Shown: positions 25,548 through 40,058, numbered from the stretch's first letter. The stretch: DNA of 64,000 bases from Eledone cirrhosa (GCA_964016885.1 OZ024750.1:50902001-50966000); one strand, 5' to 3'. A program made the numbers and translations. Notes: a model not told the origin generated them from the sequence alone.

Positions 25548-27062
25548 GTTAAACAAGGTTAAATGAATAAATCCAAGAATAAAGTTTTACAATAGATTAG
25601 AAGCACTCCACAGTTTTGGTTTTCCGAAGTTATTAATATTAATTCAAAATATTAACAAAAATATGTTTGCAAACACTTTAAATATGATATTATACTATGA
25701 TATTATACTATAATATATTAAACTATGATATTATACTATTATATAGATTCCTAAAAATGTTCTTGTATTTTTAAATTATATAGCTTATATATTTGACACT
25801 TATAGGATCGCAAGCCATTCATTTATTTATTTTAAATCTGTGTTTTATGATTCATGAAATTTGATTTGTATATTTATAGTATATATGTATTACATGATCC
25901 TAGTTGAATAATTTTTTTAATATAATAATTGACGTAAAATTTTAATTTTAACACTATTAACAGTAAATATATTTATTATATTATATATGACTGACTAATA
26001 TCGTCTTAAACTTTCAGCAATGTACTCTTTGTATAAATTTAGACAAATGCGTATATCTAGTTTAATAATATCCTTTTTAAGTATACTTATAAGGCCGTTG
26101 GATACTTAAGGGCATTCTAATTTTTAATTTTTAATTTTTAATTTTTAAAGTTATAATTGTAACTATTTTCGAAATTATATAATGATTATTTTTTAATATA
26201 AAATCTCTTTAATATAAAGTAAAAAAAAAAAAATGTGTTTAATATAATTTAATTTGGATTACCTGCGGGATGAAGAAAATATTAAGTCTCTTCTTTCTCA
26301 TGTTTGCAGATACTTTAAATATGATATTATACTATAATATAAATACTTATAAATTTTATAGCCTGAAATATTATGCCTTTAGATTAATCCAATATTTTGA
26401 ACTCACATAAAGATTCGAAATTTAACTGTCACCCGGATACGCTGGGATATATATAATTGATTAATAGACTATTTCTTATTAACTTAAGGATTCGAAAATA
26501 AACCCTCATATAACTAAACCCAGATATATTTGATATTTTGATTGATTGATTGTTTCTAGATAATTTAACGATTCGAAATTATTCATTCACAAAGGTATGC
26601 CCAAATATATATTTATTTATATATATTTTTTTGCATCATCTAATAATACGCTACTTATCGACGACAATACAAATCTCCCTCCCTATGCTTTATACAATAA
26701 ACATTATTTTACCTCGTCTCTCTATCCTTAATCAATTTTCTTTTGCTTTCGTGCATAAGATATTTCTATACTTCTAGTCACTCTCTTTTACCTCATCTGT
26801 TTCTCTCTCTGTCTTTCACTTCTTCTTTCTTCAATAATTTAAATTATTTAAATCTATAACACTTATGTAAGTTTGTATTATATTAGTAGTTGTTTATTAT
26901 TATGTATCTTTATAAGCTTTCTCACACGCACCCTCTGTATTATATGTAATGTTTTCATGTCACAACCTTAAGGTATATAAATATTGAGTTTTGTCATATC
27001 TTATTCACTGCCATGACTGAATTTTAACCATCTACTTAGTCAGGGTATGTCATACATCATCT

Positions 27063-27129
27063 TATTTTATCTGATGAGGACGTACTGTTGAAGATAGCTC
27101 AGTACCTCTGAAATATGTATAATAAAATA
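27063..27129 (+). ncRNA. Type-I hammerhead ribozyme, intact core
   Basis: TATTTTAT-CTGATGA-GGACGTACTG...CAGTACCTCT-GAAA-TATGTA-TA-ATAAAATA; 8-bp stem I overlaps AATAAA. Confidence 0.8.
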
Positions 27130-27170
27130 TACTTGATCACACGAATGTCTATTTTTGTTAATATTTTGAA

Positions 27171-27217
<47 letters not shown>

Positions 27218-27221
<4 letters not shown>

Positions 27222-28163
27222 GAAAATAGAGAAATTAATTTGAGCAAGAAGCCCACAGTAATTCATACACATAAGTAACTATTACGTCAAGATGGAAAAT
27301 ATTTAACGTAAGATATGAGAAAAAAATTCAAATCCCAATTCAAAAGAAGTCAAGACAAAGATTTTATTAACAGATTTGGGGTAATCAGGGAAAAGACCAA
27401 TAGAATCTTAACTCAGAATAAAATTAAGAGTAAATACTTATCCTTCAATTTGGAAAAAATCTACAAATGCTCTATATAGTCTTAAAAAGATTATTTTACG
27501 AAACTTTTCAGTGGGGTTAGTCACGGTTGGAATCGTTCATCAGTAGAGCTCAACATGATAACCAAAAGTCACTGCTAAAATATGCCAGAAAGGGAATTTA
27601 AAAGGAGGCTGGTTACACTTCGTGTGGAATTAAGATAATAAACACACATAGAGAACAGAGCTAGTGATGTCAGAATGAGACGAATGACTGTTTACAAGAA
27701 ACAGCAGTCAAAACATTCTGATAAATACTCAACAAAAGATATAGAGATCAGCATAAAGCAATATTATCGCTGTTTTTAAAAAAAACCGGGATTAGTCACA
27801 AAAAATGTTAAGCACTCTAGGAAAAATTCCGAGTATAAATATAAATGAAAATAGAGAAATTAATGTGAGCAAGAAGCCAACAGTAATTCATACATATAAG
27901 TGACTATTACGTCAAGATGGAAAGTATTTAACGTAAGATATGGGAAAAAAATTCAATCCCAATTCAAAACAAGTCAAGACAAAGATTTTATCCACAGATT
28001 TGGTGTAATGAGGGAAAAGAACAATAGACTCTTAACTCAGAATAAAATTAAGAGTAAATACTTATCCTTCAATTTGGAAAAATCTACAAATGCTCTATAT
28101 AGTCTTAAAAAGAATATTTCACGAAACTTTTCAGTGGGGTTAGTCACGGTTGCAATCGTTCAT
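27218..28163. repeat. ~320-bp direct repeat, 625-bp period
   Basis: AAATGAAAATAGAGAAATTAAT...GTCACGGTTG.AATCGTTCAT at ~27218-27540 and ~27843-28163. Confidence 0.85.
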
Positions 28164-28436
28164 CTCTATATATATAGTTCCAGGTTTTTCCTGGAAAAAC
28201 GTGAAGCGTTAAGATCTCCTTCTGGTTAAGTCAATCTTTATACAACAAACTTTGTATTTTATCTGATGAGGGCGTACCAAAGTTTTCGTATAGTGGAATA
28301 AATATGGTTTTATAAATAGAGTTTCCAATTTATTAATATCATTGATATTATACTCCAGAAAACTGTCGAGTGCTTTGAATCAGTTATAAATATATATATT
28401 TGTTGAATTACCAACAAATTAAATATCCCTTTTGCT

Positions 28437-28651
<215 letters not shown>

Positions 28652-29107
28652 ACCTAACTCGTTCCATGGACTGAGTGTTCTACCACTACAGATATTACCT
28701 TCCAGTGTTTTACTACTATATATATATATATATATCCTTGAAAGGGCCTGTGTAACTCACACTGAATTCTCAGACTCGAACACACACTGATTCCATTTCC
28801 ACATCTATATGCATCATCTGACTGCAACTTGAACTATGTTGTATTTCACCTGTATTTTGATCTCTCCATTTACTCCACCACCACTCTTGTTTTGTTTATT
28901 TATACCTTTCTACCTTTGCTGTATTAATGTGCTTTTTCCACGTATTCTACTTCTATACATCCATGTACTTTTTACTCCTCTTATTCGGACTTTTACTCAC
29001 TTGTACCCATTAGCACACGACACTAGAATGTCTCCCCCCGTGAACAAAAATAAATTTTACCCGACTATATCCCTTACTCTACATCCCACTAGGATAACTT
29101 ATAGAGG

Positions 29108-29970
29108 ATCTATATAATACAATTAAAGTTTCTTCATAAAAGACTCTCTTTAATTAAACCTCGCAACCCAAGATCTTAAAACATTTTTAAATGTTTAATT
29201 TTCAATTTTCTAATTGTTCAATTCTCAATCTTCTTACTCTTTAATTTTATAATGTTATTCTGAATTCTTTCAACTTCATCCTATAAATCTAAACAATAAT
29301 TTAACGTTCCAATTTTCTGTTGGACTGTTGGGTTGGTTTTCCTGGCGGCGGGACCGGCCTACTGGCGCATAGGCCTACCTTGAGTGATTGGAAAAATAAA
29401 TGTCCCCTTCTTTCGGTAAATGAAACTACTCGGAGTGGCTTGATTCGCCCCAGTGGCCCGGCGCGCAGCCGGTTTTTTGACCGCCATATAGTACCTTTAA
29501 ATTACAGATCTACTCATAACTATTAGATGTATCACGCCTCCCTCTACTTAAGCAAATCCCCCTCCTGGGTAAATTAATAGTACTGGTTTTGTACAGGGAT
29601 GGCCTAACGATGAGGGCTGACTTCCCGCTGGCGCACCTGAAGCCTGTTATACATTCCTAGAGTGCTCGGAACAATTGATTTTTATATATTTCGCTAGGCG
29701 ATATCACTCGGAGTGGATGGGCTGCGTAAGCCTGTAGTCGCCGCATGCTGTTTGATTGTTAAACAAAGACATAATCTTTACTCTATAATACAATTTAAGT
29801 TTCTTCATAAACGACTCTTTCTTTGCTTAAACCTCGCAACCAAGGCCTTGGGAATGTTAAACTGTTTAACTTTCAATTTTCTAATTTCTTTCATTTTATA
29901 ATGTTAATATTAAATATTAATTTTTTAACTTCATCCTATAAATCTAAACAAAAATGTAACGTTCCAATCT
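29108..29970. repeat. Unclassified element: ~200-bp diverged direct repeats around a GC-rich core
   Basis: TATAATACAATT.AAGTTTCTTCATAAA...CCTATAAATCTAAAC...AACGTTCCAAT at ~29110-29317 and ~29782-29970. Confidence 0.65.
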
Positions 29971-30329
29971 TCGCTCACACATTATAACATACAGACCCCC
30001 ACTATATTTACCTCTGTTAGGATGCGGGTCCCTTAGAATACATTTTTTTCGCGCCATTCCTGTCCTGGCTGTAGTGTGACATTAGTACTGACCTTTCTTC
30101 CTCTTTCTTTCTGTCTTTCTTCTTGTAACTCGACATTAACCCTGACTTTTCCTCTTCTTCCTTTTCTTCCTTCTCTTCCCACTTCTTTCTGTCTTTTTTC
30201 TTGTGGCATGATATTAACGCCGACTTATCTTCCTCTCCCGTTCTGTTTTCCTTTATTTGACCGGTAGTAGCACACTATAAGCTTTAGCCACCTCACTTGA
30301 GGGTGACTGGCAAAGGTGGAAGATGCTGG

Positions 30330-30656
30330 ATGGCGGTCGTCCTCGGGTCCTTGATTTTCAGCCCCATGAATTTTATATATTACATTCACTTATTATATTG
30401 CGAATACCTGATGATATCACCGGATTCATACGGAACCCGGTCATTGAAATGATCATAGTATAATAAACCTTTCAAGAATTTACACAAGTCCTGTCTCCTG
30501 TCATTTCATTATAATATTTAACTCCGTACTAGCACCACCAACAACAAAAACGAAGACGGTTGAACTGCTGTACGTTGAGTACTCTCCATATTATTACATT
30601 AAGATTGACCATACGGAATTGACCAGCTCTGTACAGTGGTAAACCTCAAACCTGAA
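30330..30656 (+). mobile_element. Family A HHR element
   Basis: Reverse complement of ~2702-3010, and collinear with the right arm at ~3040-3221. Confidence 0.8.
30403..30460 (+). ncRNA. Type-I hammerhead ribozyme, intact core (family A)
   Basis: ATAC-CTGATGA-TATCACCGGATTCATACGGAACCCGGTCATT-GAAA-TGATCA-TA-GTAT, followed by AATAAA. Confidence 0.8.
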
Positions 30657-30664
30657 CGAATATA

Positions 30665-31272
<608 letters not shown>

Positions 31273-31328
31273 TATATATATATTTTTGCGAGGTTTTTGT
31301 TATGAAATCGTGTGTCGAAACAAATATT

Positions 31329-31625
31329 GTTATACTTGGGGAGGGTCATATTTATGTAATAATATTGCCAGACTTAATAAAAGAACAGACTCAGAGGAAG
31401 GAAACATAATAGCACCACTGACGATGTTGCAGATGTGCAATGAAAGAACTTTGTTAGACTATATATATGTGTGTTTGTATCTATATTGTATCTGTGTTTT
31501 TGACCGAATACGTTAAATTAACCGATATAAAAGACACAGAGGCGAAAAACAACCAAACAGTGAGTGTGTTCTGTTATTAATTCTGGCAATATTATTACAC
31601 AAATATGACCCTCCCCAAGTATAAC
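31329..31625. mobile_element. Fold-back mini-element related to the GIY-YIG PLE relic at 39.1-39.9 kb, containing an HHR-like motif (31415-31454, +)
   Basis: ~65-bp inverted arms; CA-CTGACGA-TGTTGCA(gatg)TGCAAT-GAAA-GAAC-TT-TG; the right arm matches 39866-39931. Confidence 0.65.
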
Positions 31626-31657
<32 letters not shown>

Positions 31658-31701
31658 TCAATAATATTAATAAATCAAAAATAACTTCGTAAAACCATAT
31701 T

Positions 31702-31762
31702 CATTTTATTATACGCATTTCAAGTGTATTAATACTTTAGTACGCTTTCGTCAGATAAAATA
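31702..31762 (-). ncRNA. Type-I hammerhead ribozyme (family C)
   Basis: Minus strand TATTTTAT-CTGACGA-AAGCGTA...TACACTT-GAAA-TGCGTA-TA-ATAAAATG. Confidence 0.75.
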
Positions 31763-33156
31763 TAATAATTAGTGTAAAGATAGTGACATATCTACATGTG
31801 AACTTGATGTTATAAGTTCATTGAGGATAGTATATATATATATATATGAGCGTGAAATGCATTAGAATTGGGAAGGGGGTTCTAGTAAGATAGTGAATAT
31901 TTCTTCCCACAATACCGTTGTCCGGCATTTTCCAACTTGTGTCTTTAAACTAGAAAAACAGAAATAATATGTGAGATAAAGCTCAATGTTCTCTGCAACA
32001 GGAATATTGAATAAAAAACAAGTGGAAATTATCCGCAATGGGCTTGAGTATTCTATCTATATAATATTTAGAAAAGAACCATTCTCTCTTCAAAGTTATG
32101 CAAGCAAATGTCCTGTAAATATTGTGTTTTGGAAGACTGTCAATGAAAACATAAGCAGTATTGAGTCTCACTGCAAATTTAATGATCGGATAATCACCCC
32201 CCCCCCATCCCCAATCAGTTAATTAAGCAAGTAATAAATGAATTATTTCGTCAAAGTCCTTTCATCAAAACCCTTTTCTATATCAATAACTATAACTCAA
32301 TGTGCCTCTTCCGCTACATTTAATACACTTCTTGAGTTTTGCCAAATTATAACAATATCTGTTTCAACATGATTTTATGTCTAAAATCTGACAAAACTAT
32401 TACAAATAGATTTATAGATACAAACTGTTCATGTGTAACCCAAGATATTTCTGTTTTCATATATAATGTAATTGTGGATATATCTTATGGCCTATGCTTT
32501 TGGAAATGATGGATTTTTAATTGTTGAAATATTCAGAAATCACTTGATATCTTCCTTCTTAGCTAGTATATATGTATAGCAAGTTATCTGAGTAGGAACG
32601 ATCCATTAGCAAATATATTCTTACGATGGCTTCGACTATGCATAACGAATGAAGCAAAATAATGGAAAATTTCACAGCGTTCCGAGTAATATATTTTATT
32701 AAAGGAAGACAGACATGACTTTGTGGTGAAATATGTGGCTTTTGAAAATCTCAAGAGCGTGGGCTTTTACTGAGTGTGAACAGAGTCGAACAGAGGAAAG
32801 GGTGTAAGCCTACCGTATGGATTATATATATATATTATGTCACTGATTAGGGTTAGGAATTAACATCTAAACTATAATAAAGAAATGAGTGCAGGACTGC
32901 GTCCAGAATATATTTGTTTATCCCGTTTGTAAAATAGGTTGGATTACTTTGAATAAATATAAATTTCGATATTCTTGATTAAATATGAATAATTTTCTCG
33001 CTTATTTTAAGATTCACTTCTTTAACATTTTCAAATGTCAACACTTCCAGTTAGCGATCGCTTAAATAAACAATGAATATTTCCGTCAATGGATTACGTT
33101 ACTGATTACATAAGAGAGTGTAACGCAGTCTTCGTTCAATGTATATGTATATTGTC

Positions 33157-33612
33157 CACACCGCCACACCACCGCACCACCACACAACCACACCACAACC
33201 ACACATCCACCACACCAACACACCACCACACCACCACCACACCACCAAACCACCACCACACCACCACACCACCACACCACCACTACACACCACCACCATA
33301 CCACAACACTACCACACCACACCACCATCACACCACCACACCACCACACTACTCCACCAGACGACACCACCACACCACCACACCACCACCACACCACGCC
33401 ACCACACCAACACACCACAACACCGCCACACCACCACACCACCACACAACCACACCACCACCACAACCACACCACATCACATCACCACACCACATCACAT
33501 CACCACACCACCACATCCCCACCACACCACCACCACACCACCACACCACCACACCACCACACCACCACACCACCACCACACCACCACGCCACCACCCGCT
33601 ACCACCACACCC
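33157..33612. repeat. (CAC)/(CACAC) low-complexity tract
   Basis: Direct reading. Confidence 0.9.
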
Positions 33613-33994
33613 ATTAACACACATTCACGCACACACATATACACACATGTACACACACTGATTACACCCATTAGCACACACCGATTAACTCATTCACACA
33701 CACACGCACACATGCACACATAAGAATACATTGAGAAATGTACAACCACAAACGTATATATACACACACGAACACTTCCATCAACGATAGACAAGCACAT
33801 ACACACACAAAAGAATGGCATCAATGCCACACACCTGTGGACCTCATCTGTACACACGTGACAATACCAGTGATACTCCCGGACACTCTACCTCGGCGCC
33901 CAACCACAAATGCCGCAGTACTTGTCTGTCTTCCTCGCCCATCTTTTCTTCCAACCTTCCTCGCTTTTTCTACTGTCTCTCGGCCACCTTCCTC

Positions 33995-34030
33995 GTATTT
34001 GATGAAGGACTAACGTCCGATACGTTGAAA
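33995..34030 (+). ncRNA. Degenerate PLE-type hammerhead tail
   Basis: TTGATGA-AGGAC(taac)GTCC-GATA-CGTT; two core mutations. Confidence 0.4.
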
Positions 34031-34134
34031 CAACTCTTTATTCATCTTCATTCCCAAGCGTGAAACCAATGCGGCTGTGTATTTTGGTATTTCCGTCTTT
34101 GTCGTCTTTATTCTTCAAATATGGATATATACAA

Positions 34135-34765
34135 ATGTATGTGTGTGTGTGTGTGTAAGTGTGTGTGTGTGTGTAAGTGCGTGTGTGTGTATGTATAAGT
34201 GCTTGTGTGTGTGGGTGGGTGTTTAAGTGCGTGTGTGTGTAAGTGAGTGTGTGTGTATAAGTGCGTGTGTGCGTGTGTGTATGTGCGAATGTGTGTGTAT
34301 AAGTGCGTGTGTGTGTAAGTGTGTGTGTGTGTAAGTGCGTGTGTGTAAGCGAGTGTGTGTGTAAGTGCGTGTGTGTGTAAGTGCGTGTGTGTGTATAAGT
34401 GCGTGTGTGCGTATGTGTATGTGCCAGTGTGGGTGTATAAGTGTGTGTGTGTGTGCGTGCGTGTGTATAAGCGCATGTGTGAGTAAGTGCGTGTGTGTAA
34501 GTGCGTGTGTGTATAAGTGCGTGTGTGCATGTGTGTATGTGCGAGTGTGTGTATAAGTGCGTATGTGTGTAAGTGTGTGTATGTGTAAGTGCGTATGTGT
34601 GTGTAAGTGTGTGTGTATAAGTGCGTGTGTGCGTGTGTGTATGTGCGAGTGTGTGTGTGTAATTGCGTGCGTGTGCGTGTGTGTGTGTGCGTATAAGTGC
34701 GTGTGTGTGTGTGTATAAGTGCGTGTGTCTGTGCGTCTATGTGTGTATGCCTGTATGTATGTATA
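34135..34765. repeat. (GT)n microsatellite with recurrent ATAAGTGC/TAAGTG interruptions
   Basis: Direct reading. Confidence 0.9.
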
Positions 34766-34767
34766 CG

Positions 34768-35072
34768 TGGGAAGGCGCATTGCTTAATGGTTAGAGCATT
34801 GGGCTTGCAATTGAAAGGTTGTGAGTTCGATTCTCGGACCGGGTGATACGTTGCGTCCTTGAGCAAGAAACTTCATTTCACGTTGCTCCAGTTTACTCAG
34901 CTGTAGAAATGAATTGCGACGTCCCTTGTGTCATAGCCTTTCTCTTGGATATAATCGGTGGCGTGGATGGGGAGGCTGGTATACATGAGCAATTGATAGT
35001 CTTCCTCAACCAACCTTGCTCGGGGTTGTACTCGGCGGGAAACTTTCTAGGTGCAAATCCCATGATCATTCG
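34768..35072 (+). mobile_element. tRNA-derived SINE (second family)
   Basis: A box TGCTTAATGG, B box GAGTTCGATTC, then CCTTGAGCAAGAAACTTCATTTCACGTTGCTCCAG; homolog at 41357-41692. Confidence 0.8.
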
Positions 35073-35090
35073 TGGGTCTCCGATGTATAC

Positions 35091-35147
<57 letters not shown>

Positions 35148-35450
35148 CGTGTGTGCCGTTATGTGTGTGTGTGTATGTATGTGTGTGTGTCTGTGTGTGT
35201 GTCTGTGTGTCTGTGTGTCTGTGTGTCTGTGTGTCTGTGTATTCACTAAAAACAACAGAAGGTCGGACTGAGGGCTTTCTTTACAATATTAATTCGATGG
35301 CCCAGCTTCATCACGCGATCATGTTAGAAGACTTAGACGATTTCATCAGGTGTTAATTGCAGAATTCCTTCCATAATATAACAGGATTACGAGGTGGGGA
35401 TTGCCTGCCAATTCAGAGTTATTTTAACGGCAAACCAACCTCACATGAAT

Positions 35451-35483
<33 letters not shown>

Positions 35484-35554
35484 CTATACACACACAAACA
35501 CACACATACACAGACACACATATATATATATCTATCTATATATATATATATATA

Positions 35555-35588
<34 letters not shown>

Positions 35589-35596
35589 TAACTATA

Positions 35597-35638
<42 letters not shown>

Positions 35639-36231
35639 CACATTGATCATCTTCTAGGAGTCTCTATCTAAATTAGTAGCAATTAATTGTAAGATTCTGT
35701 TGAATTATTCAAAATATATTCAATGTTCACAATCATTTGTCCAACAAACACAAAAAAGACATTCTCTAATTCAATTTATATTGTCTCGTTTGCCATAAAC
35801 ATTCATTTAAAGTCCTCCTCTGATCATCTCCACCTCATACTCCTCCACCTCATCCTCGGTAAACATATCGGCCTTACCGAGACGGTCCATAAATATATCA
35901 GACATAATATATCATACACAACTATATCTAGATATCTAAATTCTACTTAATTGTATCACACATAAACATAATGGCCATAATCATATCTTAAATATACGAA
36001 CCATGCATAAATATATGTGTAAGTGTGTATATATATATATATATATATATATGTAAAGGTTATATTTAATTTGTTGGAATTCAACAAACTTAAAATGTTT
36101 ATAACTGTTATAAAGCACTCAACTGTTTAGTGAAGCAAATATTCATTATATTACTAAATGGAAACTATATATATAAAACCATGATTATTTTATATATATT
36201 TTATATATTATTTTATATATATTTTATATAT

Positions 36232-36294
36232 TATTTGATATATATTTCAAGGGCAACCAAGGCAAATTTTGGTGCGCTTTCATCAGATAAAATA
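36232..36294 (-). ncRNA. Type-I hammerhead ribozyme (family C)
   Basis: Minus strand TATTTTAT-CTGATGA-AAGCGCACCAA...TTGGTTGCCCTT-GAAA-TATATA-TC-AAAT. Confidence 0.7.
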
Positions 36295-36538
36295 CATGTG
36301 TTTTATAAATGTTGACACATCCACAGAAGAACAACCTTGACGGTTGGAGGTCCGCTGGATATATATTATATATATATATATGGTGCGTTTGTGTCTGTGA
36401 ATGTGGGTGTGTGTGTGCGGCGTGTATACATATCTATATATATGTATATTTATGTATATATGTATATATATATGTATATATATATATATATGTATATATA
36501 TAAGTATATATACATAAGTATATATATATATGGGTGTG

Positions 36539-36596
<58 letters not shown>

Positions 36597-37199
36597 CGTA
36601 TGTATATATAGGTGTGCGTGTGCACGTGATCCATATATATATGATCTAGTCTGATCTCTTTCCATGCCCACTGCGCCAATACTCTATCTATATGAAGCTG
36701 AATGACTATGACTTATCATGGAGAAAATAGGACATCGATGGTTCCTGAATCCACGTCCGACTATTGGACGGAAGCTGGTTACAGAACTGCAGCTCAGCTG
36801 CCTTCATCTCAATGGTGAAGCCGTTAGCCACTTGAAAGTATGTCTCCAAGATGATCTAGCATTCTCCTCTACCTCAGTTACGAGTGTGATCCTGGGCCGA
36901 CTGCCAACCAAGGTCAATCAGCTCTATCTACACGTTTAGTTTGTCCTATCTAACAAGAACACACATACATATGTATGGGCGTTGACTGCCTACAATTTCT
37001 TCGCCCTTTGGTTTTGTGTTTTATCCCGAAGAATATCCATACATCTCCGTCCCAACCGATCACACTTGGTGTGTTTGCCGGTGTTGTCACCCACGACCTG
37101 ACCATGTGACAGGCTGCACTTGGTTACATCTTACCAGTAGCACTCGAGATGGCGCAGAGAATAAAATACATCATATCCTATCATATATACTATGTATCC

Positions 37200-37560
37200 T
37201 AATTCTACATAATTTTACACCATAAATGGTCATAATCACGTGTCAAATAAATGATATAAATATAATCTATTTGGTGGGGAAAGAAAAACAAATATTGAGA
37301 AGAAAGAATGAAATGTACAAGAAAGTTTTAAAAAACGGAAAAAGGAAAGGAAAGGGATGGGAAGGGCTCTTGTGCCACAAAAAAAATGGGGTGGAGGTGG
37401 GGAGGTGATTGAGCTCTGGGCCTTGGGCGCGGCAATAATGCGACTGCGCCCCGCGGATAGGACCGCAAATGCATTCCCGCGGACAATGGCCAGCGACACC
37501 TGCTGCAACAGCCACCCCACCTCGCGGGCTCCTTCCTCGGACAGAGGAGCTCGGCAGTAA
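37200..37560 (-). mobile_element. CRE-like non-LTR retrotransposon 3' end
   Basis: WLLQQVSLAIVRGNAFAVLSAG plus a pyrimidine-rich 3' UTR similar to 38330-38550. Confidence 0.65.
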
Positions 37561-38329
37561 GGGGTCCAACTACGGGGTCCAAAAACGCCTGAGGTCTCGA
37601 CGACAACCTGTGCGAATGGTGGAATGTTCGTAAAAACACGCTAAAACAAGCAAACCTGTTTTGTCGAACGAGAGGAAGCTTCAGGCTCCTACACTAAACG
37701 GTTTTAATATCTGAACGGTTAAACCATTTATAAAGTCTAAACTGATTTACTTAAATATCAATAGGTTATGACATATGATAACTGCATTAGCTCAAATAGG
37801 GCGACAGTCATTGTATACATCATAAATACACCGAGTTAGCCTACACCAGATATCTGTGTATGTATAAGAAATGATAGATTCTCCGTCGGTATCGACGCTG
37901 AACATTCAGTGATCCGATCAACCGAACGTCGAATTCGTAAATTGATATGTAAGTCGTTGAGTATTCCACGGACACGTGTGCCATTTATTTAATTCCCAAC
38001 CCCAATCAGTGCAAAATGATACGAGACAAAGCTATACCTTTGCATTATTAGTTTCTGTTTACTTACCTTCAATAACCACCAGTATATTTGGGACTATCGA
38101 ATCTACTCCGTTTTTCCAAACCTCAATTTTTTTTCATTTAATTCTATATATTGAATAATTTTACGATCTAAATTCGATTGTCAGAATGTTTTTATATTTT
38201 CATTATAAACATTTTTTATTTCTTTAATATTACATCGATATATTTCATTTTCATACATCCAATACATAATGTATTGTGAAGTGAAGCTCTTCACCAACCA
38301 CGTGATCAATTTATACGGGGATCACCCAA

Positions 38330-39030
38330 ATATATATCTACACTTCAGAATCTGTGACATAAAGTCTAAGTATTCAGATTCTACTTAAATATTTCCCATA
38401 TAAAAATATTCATTACAAAAAGAAAAAATAGACTGAGAAGAAAGATGGAATGTAAAAAATGAAAATATATAAACGGTAAATGAAGGTAAAAGCAAGGGCT
38501 CTGGTATCACAGAAGAATGAAAAGAGAAGGGGGAGGATGATGGGCTCTGAGACTAGGGCGTGGTGGTAATAGGGCTACTCCCCGAGGACAAGACTGCAAA
38601 AGCATTCCCGCGGACACTCACCAATGACACCGACTGCAACAGCCACCTCAGGGGCTCCTTCCTCAGACGGGCTCCAGACGTTCCGATGTTGCGGAGGAGC
38701 TCGGCAGTATGGGATCTACGTACGCCTGACGTCTCGACGGTGGCTGGTGCGAAGAGGAAGCGGCCGGACAATCCCCGATATGTGTTTATCTTCCTTGTTT
38801 CTGCATTGAGGGCCGCAATAACGGGGTTTGTAGCTGAAGCTACTATGTTGGAGGCGGAGAACGTGTCACAGCATGTGGCGTCCCAGATTAGGGATCTATA
38901 CTCTTCGAATGGGAAGAGGGTAACTCCATGGCAGCACTTGCCATCTCCGTGGTCGAGGCATGCTAGCTCCAGATGTGATGGGACGCCAGCTGCGTCCAGG
39001 GTCCTTCTCAAAAGAGTCATGTCAGGGTAA
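38330..39030 (-). mobile_element. CRE-like non-LTR retrotransposon 3' fragment (restriction-like endonuclease domain)
   Basis: ORF 38553-39020: DGK..GVTLFPF..RSLIWDATCCDTF...AETRK..Y...FAP..VETSG...WLLQSVSL...RGNA. Confidence 0.75.
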
Positions 39031-39129
39031 CCGACATGACGCTCTCAGCGGATTGGTTTATGCTTCTGTATCTTTTATATCTCCATAGTTAATTTAGCTG
39101 GCAATCAATGTTTGTCATTGATTGACCAA

Positions 39130-39935
39130 CGGTTACAAATGTAGATACGTACATATATAGTCTATCAAAGTTCTTTCATTACACAATTGTGACATCATCA
39201 GTCCATTTTTATTTTTATTTATTTATTTATTATTGTCTCTGTTTGCGCATGTGATTGTGTGTGTCTTTTCTGTTTGGTGTGTCTTCGTGTCAGTCTGTAT
39301 CTGTTTGTATTCTGTCTTTGCTCACTAGTGTGTGTTTATGAGTGTTTTTTGTTATTGTACCTGTGTATATTTATTTATATTTATCTTAGGTCACTATTGT
39401 ATGTTTGTGTGTTGTTTTTGTTGCTATTCCATTCATTTTTTCTGTTCAACTTCAGTTTTCTTAGTTCTATTTCAGTTGCTTCTCTGATTTGTCTCCCTGT
39501 TGAGTCATTTCTATGTCTAGATATTATTTTAATTTCTATGTTGTCTATATTACCATCATGTCTTTGTCTGGCGTGTTCATGTAGCAGCGAACCGTCATGT
39601 TGTCCTTTTAGTTACCCCCAGTGTAGGTCTGTTCTTTCTCCTATGCTTCGAGTTGTCTCACCTATGTATGTTGTTGTCATGTTTCTGCAAGTACCCGCTG
39701 TACATCCTATGCTATAGACTACATTTCTAGTTTTACAATTTGTTGGTGGATTTATTCTACATATAACACATTTCTTATTAGTATAGTGCGTTTTCTTAAA
39801 GGGGTATGCACATACAGAAACGAGAATAAATAAATAAATAAATATAAAAATTGAATATAAATTACAACAGTGAGTGTGTTTTATTATGATTTCTGGCAAT
39901 ATTATAGCAATGTAACCTTCCCAAATATAACAATC
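39130..39935 (-). mobile_element. Penelope-like element relic: GIY-YIG endonuclease (~39415-39785) with downstream HHR-like motif (39165-39204)
   Basis: CVIC...CKTRNVVYSIGC...TYIGETTRSIGER...HARQRHDG...RQIREATEI...LNRKNEW with an internal stop; CTGATGA-TGTCACA..TGTGTAAT-GAAA-GAAC-TT. Confidence 0.8.
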
Positions 39936-40058
39936 GCTCGTATAAATATAACTGACTGGTCTATCTGCTGATATGCAGATCTGACTGATCAGTCACTGCA
40001 TATTCCAGAAAATATCATATATTTTCACTAGTTCTGACAGTTGGCAAGTAAACAGTAT

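Noticed and set aside
29590-29670. TAACGATGAGGG segment as a twister or hammerhead ribozyme
   Set aside because: The required pseudoknot pairings and the GAAA/stem III could not be found.
33086-33723. His/Thr/Pro-rich extensin- or mucin-like ORFs
   Set aside because: Low-complexity (CAC)n tract open in several frames, with no splice or homology support.
34768-34840. tRNA gene
   Set aside because: A and B boxes are present, but the sequence continues into a SINE body shared with 41357 and I could not build a full cloverleaf.
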